Source: Bdellovibrionota bacterium
GTDB taxonomy: Bacteria > Bdellovibrionota_C > UBA2361 > JBGSMV01
Reading direction: 5' to 3'
DNA: 64,000 nt
NCBI GenBank assembly: GCA_041739995.1
Contig: JBGSMV010000018.1
Location: forward strand, 1-64,000
The number at the start of each line of letters is the position of its first letter. Position 1 is the first letter of the stretch. The translations under genes were made by a program, and so were the position numbers. The notes below the pieces were generated by a model that ran no database searches, was not told the DNA's origin, and saw nothing but the letters and a program-made list of their open reading frames with translations. This document shows positions 10,432-19,590 of the stretch, one piece after another.

Positions 10432-10949
10432 TCGAGTCCTTTCACCTATCAGGATGCCGACTCTCCATTGAGAGACGGGGGTTTTACTGAAAATGGACAG
10501 GCAGGCCCCGTGAGCGGTTCTGCGTGGACCACAGACAGAGAATCCCCTGAGCCTCAATAAGAGCAATCTTCCTGCCAGTTCTAGTCGGGTGTGTTTGGTC
10601 AAATATTTACGTTTGGCATCTATTGCTTTTCATTGTCGGTTCGTACGAGAAAGCCCGCAGCTCGAACTAGGAGATTTTCTGATGCCCGCATGCTAAGTAG
10701 CGGACAAAACCTGTCTATGTGACGCCCTGACGATCATGTAGGGAGTGCCGCGACGTCTTTTCCCATAGGTCCGTAAGGTGTTTCTCGTGTCCAGCCGCGG
10801 TGAAGGCATAGATTTTCTGAGGAAAGGCGGGGGCGCATAAGGGGAGGGAGAGTGCATTGGTTGCATACCCTTTTGCGTGTCCCGGAAGAGATTCTAGGGA
10901 TTGAAGACGAGAGCAACGGAGCCTCGCTGAGTAAGAGAATTCTGGAGAA

Positions 10950-11684
10950 GTGATGAAATCCCAAGAAGCCAATTCTAGAGTCGTAGTAAGTGTCGATGGG
11001 CTTGCGGGGTCCGGTAAGACAACGCTTGCCAAACTTCTGGCCGATCGGCTCGGATTTATTCACCTCAATTCCGGCTTGCTCTATAGAGCGGTGGCCTATC
11101 TGGCCTCAATGAATCAAGTCTCTCCCGAAGAAGAGAATGAAATATGCAAACTGATGAAGCATCATTCGATCTCCCTGGTTGGCGATCGTGCCACTGGTTC
11201 TCGCGTGCTGGTGGACTCCCTAGACTGCACCAGTAGCCTCAGCACCCCAGAGATTTCGGACATGACCTCACGGCTTTCAGTCCACCCAAGAGTACGGGAA
11301 GGGCTGATCCCCCTGCAGCGCGGAGCATTTCCGGGGCGTGGAATTGTCGCTGAAGGGCGCGATATGGGCACCGTCGTTTTCCCTGAAGCCGTGGCTAAGT
11401 TTTTTATAGAGGCAGAGGAAGAGGTCAGGGTTGAGAGGCGCCTGGATCAGTTCCGTAAGGAGGGGAAGCTCAAAGACTTCGATTCAGACCCCCAAGCGCT
11501 TAGAAAGAATGTAGAATTAGAGATTAAGGCCCGCGACAAGCGCGATCGGGAGCGACCGCTTTCGCCTGCGAAGCCGGCAGATGACGCCCTTATCGTAGAT
11601 AACTCCCGGCAAACATTGACCCTTGTTGTCAATCAACTATATAGTCTGGCGCTCTCAAAGGGTGTTAGTCCGACTGCAGAGTAG
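10950..11684 (+). CDS. cmk: Cytidylate kinase
   Basis: DGLAGSGKTT P-loop, SGLLYRA, EGRDMGTVVFP, RDKRD; directly upstream of rpsA. Confidence 0.95.
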   Translation: MMKSQEANSRVVVSVDGLAGSGKTTLAKLLADRLGFIHLNSGLLYRAVAYLASMNQVSPEEENEICKLMKHHSISLVGDRATGSRVLVDSLDCTSSLSTPEISDMTSRLSVHPRVREGLIPLQRGAFPGRGIVAEGRDMGTVVFPEAVAKFFIEAEEEVRVERRLDQFRKEGKLKDFDSDPQALRKNVELEIKARDKRDRERPLSPAKPADDALIVDNSRQTLTLVVNQLYSLALSKGVSPTAE

Positions 11685-11825
11685 GCGGAAACGTAGGGCA
11701 CTATGTGCTCGGTGTTTAGAACTAAACTCTGTGTTTACAACTAGTCTGTGGCGAAAAGGAGTCGCTCACAGGCAGTGAGGTCGGACAGGTGCAGTGGAGG
11801 TCGGATAGATCTCGCGCGAACTTTG

Positions 11826-11890
11826 GCACACCTCTGCGGAAGTATCCGCAGCAGGAAGTATCCTTAGGGGGAAAGCCCCCAGAGTGGTGC
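11826..11890 (+). promoter_or_regulatory. Candidate structured RNA (multi-hairpin junction) in the cmk-rpsA spacer
   Basis: Hairpins CTGCGGA-AGTA-TCCGCAG, AGGA-AGTA-TCCT and GGGGG-AAAG-CCCCC, enclosed by GCAC..CTCT/AGAG..GTGC. Confidence 0.45.
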
Positions 11891-11971
11891 GGTGAACCGT
11901 TCGGTGTTTGAAGTAGGCACGCGCCTTTTTAGGCAAATAGTTATTATTCGGCACAATTTGTGAGTGACGAC

Positions 11972-12020
11972 TGTGTTGTTCACAGTGCGTTGTTCACAGT
12001 GTGTTGTTCACAGTGTGTTG
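11972..12020 (+). repeat. 14-bp tandem repeat TGYGTTGTTCACAG x3.5 in the rpsA leader
   Basis: Units at 11972, 11986, 12000, partial unit at 12014. Confidence 0.9.
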
Positions 12021-12075
12021 CTCTCGCAATTTTGCGTTGCGTTCATAAAACAGATTTTAGAGTTAAAAAGAGAAT

Positions 12076-13803
12076 ATGGAACAAGGGAATTTTTCTGACA
12101 GCGGTTCGACGGGAATGGGTGGAGCTTTTGCCTCTGAGTTTGAGAAGCTGGTCGACCGGCAGCTCGACAACCTTCGTCCCGGCAAAATTGTTTCTGGTTC
12201 TGTCGTGGCCATCAACAAAGACATGGTCACCGTGGACATCGGATTTAAGTCCGATGGAGTTGTTCCCAAGGAACAGTTTTCAGACTCCGAAGGCAAGCTC
12301 TTAGTTAAGCTTGGCGACAAAGTAGACGTGTGCGTGCTCGCGCTCGAAGGTGAGCACGGTCAGGTGATGCTGTCTAAGGAAAAGGCCGATCAGCTTAAAG
12401 TTTGGAACTACATCGAAGATGTATACAAGAAGAATGGAATCATCTCCGGCAAAGTAGTCATGAAGGTCAAAGGTGGCCTTCAGGTAGATGTGGGAATTCC
12501 TGCATTTCTTCCTGGTTCGCAAATTGACGTTCGCCCGCACCGTAATCTCGATAAGTTTTTGGGCGAAGGGTTCGATTTCAAAGTTCTTAAAATTACTCGC
12601 GACAAAGGCAATATCGTTCTTTCTCGTCGCGCCGTACTTCTGTCTGAGCGTGATCAGCTACGTTCCGAGACTCTCAAAGTCTTGGCCGAAGGCGTGGTCA
12701 TGGAAGGCGTGGTTAAAAATGTTACCGATTACGGTGCGTTTATTGACCTTGGCGGTATCGATGGATTGCTCCACATCACCGACATCTCATGGGGCCGGGT
12801 AAATCATCCTTCTGAGAAGATCTCGGTTGGTCAGACGATACCAGTGGTGGTGTTGCGCTACGAAGCAGAGAAAGAGCGCGTCAGCCTCGGCATGAAGCAG
12901 CTCAAGGACGATCCGTGGACGACCGTGCACGAGAGATTCCCTGTTGGTGGGAAGATCAACGGCCGAGTAGTGAGCGTAACTGACTACGGCGCCTTCGTAG
13001 AGCTTGAAGAGGGCATTGAGGGACTTGTTCACGTTTCAGAAATGAGCTGGACCAAGAAGGTCAGACATCCTTCGAAGGTGGTTACCGAAGGGGACCGCAT
13101 TGAGGCTCAGATTCTTGGAATTGACCAAGATCAACGCAGAATTGCACTTGGATTGAAACAGCTCATGCCGAATCCATGGTTGGAGTTGCAAGCCAGACAT
13201 CCGATTGGCTCTAACGTCAAGGGTACGGTTCGCTCCATTACCGATTTCGGTGTGTTCGTTGGTATTGACGAAGGGATTGATGGACTTGTTCACGTTTCTG
13301 ATTTCTCGTGGACTAAGCGCATTCGAGATCCTAAAGAAATCCAAGAGCTGTTCAAGAAAGGTGATGAGGTCGAGGCAGTGGTGCTCGACATCGATGCAGA
13401 TAACGAGCGTTTGAGCCTCGGTATCAAGCAGCTTTCGTCCGACCCTTGGGAGACCATTGCCCAGCGCTATCCAGTGGGCGTCAAGGTCAAGGGGAAAGTT
13501 ACCTCTATTACTGAATTCGGTGTGTTCATCGAGATTGAGGAGGGTATCGAAGGATTGGTGCACAACTCGCAGCTTGGCGTCGACCGTGAGACCAATGTAG
13601 CTGAGATGTTCCCACTTGGATCCCAGGTAGAGTGCGAAGTCACCAACATTGATATGCAAGAGCGCCGTATAAGCTTGAGCTTCAAGGCGGTTCGTAAGCG
13701 TATCGAGAAGCAGGAAATGGCTGAGTACATGGAAGAAGGTGGTTCTGGAGTTACCTTTGGTGACCTCCTTCGCCAGAAGCGGGAACAGCAGAGCGACGAA
13801 TAG
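12076..13803 (+). CDS. rpsA: 30S ribosomal protein S1
   Basis: Six S1 repeats (DYGAFIDLGGIDGLLHITD, DYGAFVELEEGIEGLVHVSE, DFGVFVGIDEGIDGLVH...). Confidence 0.98.
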   Translation: MEQGNFSDSGSTGMGGAFASEFEKLVDRQLDNLRPGKIVSGSVVAINKDMVTVDIGFKSDGVVPKEQFSDSEGKLLVKLGDKVDVCVLALEGEHGQVMLSKEKADQLKVWNYIEDVYKKNGIISGKVVMKVKGGLQVDVGIPAFLPGSQIDVRPHRNLDKFLGEGFDFKVLKITRDKGNIVLSRRAVLLSERDQLRSETLKVLAEGVVMEGVVKNVTDYGAFIDLGGIDGLLHITDISWGRVNHPSEKISVGQTIPVVVLRYEAEKERVSLGMKQLKDDPWTTVHERFPVGGKINGRVVSVTDYGAFVELEEGIEGLVHVSEMSWTKKVRHPSKVVTEGDRIEAQILGIDQDQRRIALGLKQLMPNPWLELQARHPIGSNVKGTVRSITDFGVFVGIDEGIDGLVHVSDFSWTKRIRDPKEIQELFKKGDEVEAVVLDIDADNERLSLGIKQLSSDPWETIAQRYPVGVKVKGKVTSITEFGVFIEIEEGIEGLVHNSQLGVDRETNVAEMFPLGSQVECEVTNIDMQERRISLSFKAVRKRIEKQEMAEYMEEGGSGVTFGDLLRQKREQQSDE

Positions 13804-13809
13804 GGCGTC

Positions 13810-13888
13810 GCAGTCATATCTTCGGATATGCTGCTCAGCTCAAACCAAAAAGCGCTTCGTGTCCCGAAAGGGCATGAAGCGCTTTTTT
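13810..13888. terminator. Hairpin pair after rpsA; the second is a likely bidirectional intrinsic terminator
   Basis: CATATC-TTCG-GATATG hairpin, then AAAAAGCGCTTCGTGTCCC-GAAA-GGGCATGAAGCGCTTTTTT between convergent genes. Confidence 0.85.
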
Positions 13889-13937
13889 ATTGCGCTGCAG
13901 GAATGGTTGCCTCGACGCGAGCACGGTGTGCTTAGCG

Positions 13938-14312
13938 CTAAGCCTGTTGGAGCGCCCCGATAAGGTCCTGCAGTTCGTCGGGTGTAAAAGGCTTCGAGAG
14001 AGTGCCATCGACTCCAAGCGTTCGTGCGCGCCGAAGTTCTTCATCGTTGGCGTGAGCCGACATCAATACAAACGGTAAGCTGGGGTGCCGCCCCTTGACC
14101 GTCTCTAACACCTGTAATCCATTCAATTTAGGCATTCTAAGGTCGCATAGGCAGACATCGGCAGGGTCCTCTGCTGAGAGGTGGGTGACGGCTAGCGTGG
14201 GATCGGAGAACGCAACTACAGTAAATCCGAGTGCTTCGAGCAGGAGCGTAAGCGCGAACAGCACCGAAGGTTCGTCGTCAATGAGAGTTATTCTTGAAAT
14301 TTCCTTAGGCAC
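13938..14312 (-). CDS. Single-domain response regulator (CheY-like receiver)
   Basis: LIDDE, LCDLRMPKLNG, MSAH, SKPF. Confidence 0.92.
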   Translation of the reverse strand: MPKEISRITLIDDEPSVLFALTLLLEALGFTVVAFSDPTLAVTHLSAEDPADVCLCDLRMPKLNGLQVLETVKGRHPSLPFVLMSAHANDEELRRARTLGVDGTLSKPFTPDELQDLIGALQQA

Positions 14313-14362
14313 TCGCTGAACAGTCTCCTATAGCCGGTATGGCCAGTAGCGCTATCTACACT

Positions 14363-14511
14363 CTAGTGTCCTTGAGTCGGAAGTTCATTCAAATATCCGT
14401 CTCGCTGTTTTCGCTGAGCTCATTGCTTATTTAATTGAATATATTCACAAAGAGATCGGCGAGCGCGGCGAGAATCGTTGATGGAGCTGAGCTCTTAACT
14501 CAGGACACTAG
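14363..14511 (+). mobile_element. MITE family A (IS630-type ends), copy 1
   Basis: CTAGTGTCCTTGAGTCGGAAGTTC ... GAGCTCTTAACTCAGGACACTAG terminal inverted repeats. Confidence 0.85.
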
Positions 14512-14614
14512 GTAACTGCAAAGCTCCTCACCGCAAACGTACGCAAAGGGTTCTGGAGATTCTGAGTAAGCGTGTGCGCTCAACCTCCAAGATCGCACTT
14601 TTTCATATAAACGT

Positions 14615-17536
14615 TTGAGAAATTCGCCTCCTAGGGCGATTATGCCGACCGATATGGGGGAAAACAACATTTCATCTTCCTCGGCTCAGGCCCAATTGGC
14701 AGGTGATACGCCTATGGGTGAGACGCTAAGCTCAAACGGGGCCTGGTACGCCGAGGACGTCATAGCAAAGCAGCTTGGTGCGGATATCCCCCCAATGCTC
14801 CAGCAGTACCTCAGCGTCAAGCGCGCGAATCCTGACTGCGTGATTTTCTTTCAAGTTGGTGATTTCTATGAGGTGTTCTTCGATGACGCCGTAGAGGTTT
14901 CTCGACGAATAAACCTCACACTTACCAGTCGAGACAAAGGTCGCGAGAACCCGATTCGTATGTGCGGTGTGCCGGTCGCCCACATTGAAAGTTACCTAGA
15001 ACGCATCGTGGACACTGGATTGTCTTGCGCAATAGTAAGCCAGGTCGCTTCTCAGGCAATAGAGTCAGAGAGCACGAGCGAGGCGGTTCAATCGAACGGC
15101 GCAACCCGCGCACCCGTGCAGCGAAAACTCACTCGCATAATCACACCAGGGGTGCGGGTGCTTTCGACGGTCGAGGGCAGTGCTCGCGAAACGCTCTGTG
15201 CTGCGGTCTCCGTGGCTGGTGCAGCATACAGCATTGCTGCTACCGATGTTCGCTCAGGTGAGATCCAGGTAATACAAGAGGTAGGTTTAAGCGACCTCAT
15301 CATGGAAGTCAGACGACTTGCACCAAGCGAGCTTCTTTTGCCGGCGCGAGAACAGGGCCGCCCGCTAGACCGAAGGTCGTCCTGGGTTCGAGCCATCGAA
15401 AGAATTCTGCCTGGAGTTTCACTTAAGTTTCGTTTTGGAGACCTCGCCGAGCGCGGCACTTCTTCTGACGCTTCAACTTCATTACGCGATCCCTCAAGTA
15501 TTCCCGGATTTTCCATATTACCACCTCTCACCAAGCGGGCGGTGAGAGGTCTGGTGGCGCATATTGATCAGACTACGGGTGCCAGTAGGGTTTGTTTCAG
15601 TGCGGTGCGTGAACAGACGCTGAGCAAGAAAATGCTGATTGATGCCATGACTCGGCAGAACCTGGAGCTGGTAAAAAGTTCGCGTGAAGGTGGCGAAGCT
15701 GGCACGCTGCTTTCGGTGCTCAAGCATACGGTCAGTGAACCTGGGGCTCGGCTGCTGCGTGGCTGGATTCTTGAACCGCTGACTGACCGCAAGGCGATTC
15801 ACTTGCGACTCGATGCGGTTGAGGTGTTGCGTGGTGATGCAGCATGGAGGGCAGCCACACGCGCAAAACTGAGTGGTCTTGTCGATTTAGAGCGGGTGGC
15901 GACACGTCTTGAACTACGGGCCATCACCCCGCGCGAACTTGGCTCGATACGTTCCGCATTTGCGGCAGCGTCCGAGATAGTTTCAAGAGCTTTTCCTAAG
16001 AGTGCCTTAATTGAGGCGATTATTGGCCAGATGCCTTCGCCAAAGGTGTTGCTTGCTGAGCTCTCCGCCGCAATCTCAGAGGAACTCCCATGGGCATTAC
16101 ACGAAGGCGGAGTAATGCGCCCCGGGTTCGATTCTGAGCTTGATTCAATTCGAGCACAGAGGACTGGAAGCGGTGAATGGATGCGAGCGTTCGAGGCATC
16201 GGAGCGAGAACGCACGGGAATAGGGTCGCTTAAGGTAAAGAATAATAACGTGCTCGGGTTCTTCATTGAAGTGACAAGAGCCAATGCAGGTAAAATTCCC
16301 TCTGAGTATCAGAGACGACAGTCAACTGCTCAGGCAGAGCGCTTTACCACCGATGAATTGCGCGCGGCAGAAAGAGATTTTCAGAGTGCATCTAGTCGCG
16401 AACTGGCTCGAGAGCGCATGCTCTATGAAGCGCTGGTCGAACGACTTATCGCTCAGGTGCCCACGATTCGAGCCGTGGGGCGAGACCTCGCCCATCTGGA
16501 CGTGCTGTTGTCGCTTGCACAGGCGGCGGAACTGAACAGATGGGTTCGTCCAAGCGTTGAAGAGCATTGCCAGCTGAGGATTGAGAAAGGGGCTCACCCG
16601 GTTCTCGCTGAATTCCTGAGAGGCAGCTTCGTACCGAATGACTTGATTCTTAAACCCGGAGAGAGAGAGCTTCTCATCCTCACGGGACCGAATATGGGCG
16701 GAAAGTCCACTTACCTTCGGCAAATCGCGCTGATTGTGATCATGGCGCAGCTTGGATCGTTTGTCCCGGCCGAGTGTGCTGAGATCGGAATAGTCGATAG
16801 AATCTTCGCTCGCATAGGCGCCAGTGACAACATTTCAGAGGGCGAAAGTACCTTCATGGTTGAGATGCGCGAGATGGCTTACATCTTGGCAAATGCAACC
16901 GAACGTTCGCTGGTGGTGATTGACGAGGTAGGACGAGGAACTGCTACCGCGGACGGGGTGTCGCTTGCGCGTGCTATCGTGGAGTGGCTTGTGGGAATCG
17001 TCCATTGCCGCACACTTTTTGCGACGCACTATCACGAGCTGACTGCCCTGGCGCAGGCATTCGAGCAAATTAGGAATGTTTCGGTTACTTCTGTTGAAGA
17101 GAATGGAGAAGTCATTTTTACGCATTTGATCTCTGAAGGGCCCGCTAATCGCTCCTATGGCGTGGAAGTGGCGCGGATTGCGGGCCTCCCCCCGGAACTG
17201 ATTGGGCGCGCCCGTGAGCTACTTGATTGCTTTGGCGTGGGTGAAGGCACCGTTGTAGGAGGGAGAGCCGCTGTTGATCAGGCACAGATACCACTGTTTA
17301 AATTGGTCTCGAGCAATGCTGTCACGAACCCCCGAGGCAAGCGACCACCAAAAAGCGAGGAAAGCGAAATTGTTATGCAGCGTGCGAGGAAATTCGAGCA
17401 GTTGCGAAGTAAGCTTGAGGTGGTCGATATTAATGCCACGACGCCGCTGCAGGCCTTGGAGATCCTTGAGACACTTCGTACCTGCGTTGCTGAAGCCGCA
17501 ACGGCGAGTGCTACAGGAACAAAGCCTGCGACTTAG
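14615..17536 (+). CDS. mutS: DNA mismatch repair protein MutS (true start probably one of the downstream ATGs)
   Basis: PMLQQY, GDFYEVF, MCGVP, GPNMGGKSTYLRQ, STFMVEM, DEVGRGT, SYGVEVARIAG. Confidence 0.97.
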   Translation: MRNSPPRAIMPTDMGENNISSSSAQAQLAGDTPMGETLSSNGAWYAEDVIAKQLGADIPPMLQQYLSVKRANPDCVIFFQVGDFYEVFFDDAVEVSRRINLTLTSRDKGRENPIRMCGVPVAHIESYLERIVDTGLSCAIVSQVASQAIESESTSEAVQSNGATRAPVQRKLTRIITPGVRVLSTVEGSARETLCAAVSVAGAAYSIAATDVRSGEIQVIQEVGLSDLIMEVRRLAPSELLLPAREQGRPLDRRSSWVRAIERILPGVSLKFRFGDLAERGTSSDASTSLRDPSSIPGFSILPPLTKRAVRGLVAHIDQTTGASRVCFSAVREQTLSKKMLIDAMTRQNLELVKSSREGGEAGTLLSVLKHTVSEPGARLLRGWILEPLTDRKAIHLRLDAVEVLRGDAAWRAATRAKLSGLVDLERVATRLELRAITPRELGSIRSAFAAASEIVSRAFPKSALIEAIIGQMPSPKVLLAELSAAISEELPWALHEGGVMRPGFDSELDSIRAQRTGSGEWMRAFEASERERTGIGSLKVKNNNVLGFFIEVTRANAGKIPSEYQRRQSTAQAERFTTDELRAAERDFQSASSRELARERMLYEALVERLIAQVPTIRAVGRDLAHLDVLLSLAQAAELNRWVRPSVEEHCQLRIEKGAHPVLAEFLRGSFVPNDLILKPGERELLILTGPNMGGKSTYLRQIALIVIMAQLGSFVPAECAEIGIVDRIFARIGASDNISEGESTFMVEMREMAYILANATERSLVVIDEVGRGTATADGVSLARAIVEWLVGIVHCRTLFATHYHELTALAQAFEQIRNVSVTSVEENGEVIFTHLISEGPANRSYGVEVARIAGLPPELIGRARELLDCFGVGEGTVVGGRAAVDQAQIPLFKLVSSNAVTNPRGKRPPKSEESEIVMQRARKFEQLRSKLEVVDINATTPLQALEILETLRTCVAEAATASATGTKPAT

Positions 17537-17581
17537 GCTCGGGGAAACCGGAAACCGGAGAGCGGGTAGCGGATTTGTTGT

Positions 17582-17758
17582 CTATCAGGGTCGTGAAAAA
17601 CTCTTTTCCCGACCCTGATAGGTAGGACAGGATATCCGAACGCGGACTGGAGCAAAGCGTAAGTACGCGAAGCGACGCGGATTTCGCGCCGCTCGTCGCG
17701 CGAAAAGAGCTTGGAGCGAGTGAAAAAGTGCCTAGGAGGGCACTTTTTCACCAGCCCT
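17582..17758. repeat. Palindromic element family D (hairpins after mutS; possible terminator or short MITE)
   Basis: CTATCAGGGTCGTGAAAA-ACTC-TTTTCCCGACCCTGATAG and GTGAAAAAGTGCC-N6-GGCACTTTTTCAC hairpins; the first resembles 30525-30557. Confidence 0.55.
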
Positions 17759-17901
17759 CTAGTGTGCTGAGTCAGAAGTTCATTCAAGGATTTTTCTCGC
17801 TGTTCTCGCTGAACTCATTGTGTAATTCATTAAATATATTCACAAAGAGAGCAGCGAGCTCAGCGAGAATTATTCATCGAACTCTTAACTCAGGACACTA
17901 G
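17759..17901 (+). mobile_element. MITE family A, copy 2 (143 bp, CTAG at both ends)
   Basis: CTAGTGTGCTGAGTCAGAAGTTC ... GAACTCTTAACTCAGGACACTAG. Confidence 0.9.
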
Positions 17902-18007
17902 TTGTTAGAGAACTCCTTCGGTGATCTCTAGTGTGTTAATCGCGCAGGTAAGCAAATGCCATTTCAATATATCCTTTGGAACAATACATCCTTTGGGACT
18001 GCAGCTA

Positions 18008-19255
18008 ATGGCTAGAAGATACGTGCACTTCGCCCTCCTTTTCGTCATTTATATAATGGCGACAGCCCCGCTTTGTGCAATTGCCGAGAACAGCAACGCG
18101 GCTCGCGCCACTTCGCGATACGACGAGCTCCGTCAGCGCTATTTTCGACTTCGTAACACCGATATGGCTGTTAAGAAGAGGTCGGAGTGGCGTTCGGTCG
18201 CAAAGGACCTGCAACAGCTTACGATTGATTTCCCTACTGCTCCCGAAACCGCCCAGGCGCTCTGGAACCTTTCACATCTTTACCAGGAGCTTTTTCGAGT
18301 TGAGAGAAACGACCGAGATGCACTCCGAAGCCTTTCATCGCTCACCACACTGCTTTCGCGTTTTCGCAGTCATGAACTAGCCGATGATGCGCTGTTTCGT
18401 GCCGCTGGTCTTCAGCAAGAGCTTTTCGACGACCCAGGAGCCGTTCGCGATCTTTACAAGCGCTTGATTCAGCGCTTCCCCGAATCAGAGTATGCACTGA
18501 AAGCTCGGAAAGAACTTGATAGTGGTAACATCCAAATAAAGCAAAAGGGCGCGGGAGGAGTCGGTTCAGTTCCAATGCTTCGCAAGCGGCGTTGGGTAGT
18601 AGTGCTTGATCCAGGTCACGGAGGTGAGGATCTTGGGGCGAAGGGGGCAGCGGGACTTTATGAAAAGGACGTCGTCTTAGCGATATCGCTTGAAGCGGAA
18701 CTATTGCTTGAAAAGAACACCGACATACAGGTGGAGCTTACGCGCAGGGAAGATGAGTTTATTCCTCTGGCCGAGCGCACCCATTTTGCGAACGCCTGGA
18801 ACGCTGACGTGTTTGTAAGCTTGCACAACAATGCTAGTGAGCGCGCAGCCCTGTCGGGGTTACAAGTATTTTTTCTTGATGCGGCCGGAGATGAGGCCGG
18901 ACGATTGCTGGCTGAGCGAGAGAATGGAGTCGAGGCAGCGGTACTTGATGATGTGGATCTTATCCTTGGCGATTTGACGCAGAGTGCCAAGCAGGAGCCG
19001 TCGATTACGCTTGCGCACCTTATTCAAGATTCAATCTTGAGTGAAACTCGGCCAGTCTGGAAAGAGGTTAAGAACAGTGGCGTGCGACCTGGCCCGTTTT
19101 ACGTGCTTACTGGAGCGCACATGCCATGTGCGCTCGTCGAGATGTTTTTCATCGATCATGTCGAAGATGGGCGCAAGCTGGCAACACAGCGCTTTCGCGG
19201 TGCAGTGGCGCGAGGGTTAGACCGAGGGGTACGCGCATTTCTGGATCGACAGTGA
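18008..19255 (+). CDS. N-acetylmuramoyl-L-alanine amidase (Amidase_3) with N-terminal TPR-like region and signal peptide
   Basis: VVLDPGHGGED, EKDVVL, LTR, FVSLHNNA, AERENG, PCALVE; LADDALF TPR-like helices. Confidence 0.92.
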   Translation: MARRYVHFALLFVIYIMATAPLCAIAENSNAARATSRYDELRQRYFRLRNTDMAVKKRSEWRSVAKDLQQLTIDFPTAPETAQALWNLSHLYQELFRVERNDRDALRSLSSLTTLLSRFRSHELADDALFRAAGLQQELFDDPGAVRDLYKRLIQRFPESEYALKARKELDSGNIQIKQKGAGGVGSVPMLRKRRWVVVLDPGHGGEDLGAKGAAGLYEKDVVLAISLEAELLLEKNTDIQVELTRREDEFIPLAERTHFANAWNADVFVSLHNNASERAALSGLQVFFLDAAGDEAGRLLAERENGVEAAVLDDVDLILGDLTQSAKQEPSITLAHLIQDSILSETRPVWKEVKNSGVRPGPFYVLTGAHMPCALVEMFFIDHVEDGRKLATQRFRGAVARGLDRGVRAFLDRQ

Positions 19256-19293
19256 GAAATCTTTAGGGGCGAGAAATCGAGAGTGGCTTTTCG

Positions 19294-19454
19294 CTACTGC
19301 CTTGATTTAAGCGCTCTATGAACAATGCTCGCCGCGCTCGCTGATCTCTTTGTGAATTTAATGAGATCATGTCCTACTTACACCGATTTACACAAGGAGT
19401 TCAGCGAGAACAGCCAGGAGCCTATTTCAATGGACTTTTAATTCAGGACACTAG
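19294..19454 (-). mobile_element. MITE family A, copy 3 (inverted, diverged, with a small insertion)
   Basis: Reverse-complement match (CTCGCTGATCTCTTTGTGAAT, GAGTTCAGCGAGAAC); ends ATTCAGGACACTAG. Confidence 0.75.
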
Positions 19455-19590
19455 TGCGGTCGCCTTCCTTTTGTATTTACGGCATGATTCTTCCGAGAGA
19501 GGGGCGGGGTTTTGACCAAAAGTGGAGACTCGCCAGCGCCCTCGAGGAGTAGAAATGACTTGGAACTTGAGCATTTAGCGGATTTTTGAG

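Noticed and set aside
10613..10628. Sigma-54-like TTGGCATCTATTGCT near the pilin operon
   Set aside because: GG-to-GC spacing is 8 rather than 10, and it is on the wrong strand for the pilin genes
14363..17901. mutS as cargo of a composite MITE transposon
   Set aside because: mutS is a core gene, and MITE density here makes flanking by chance likely
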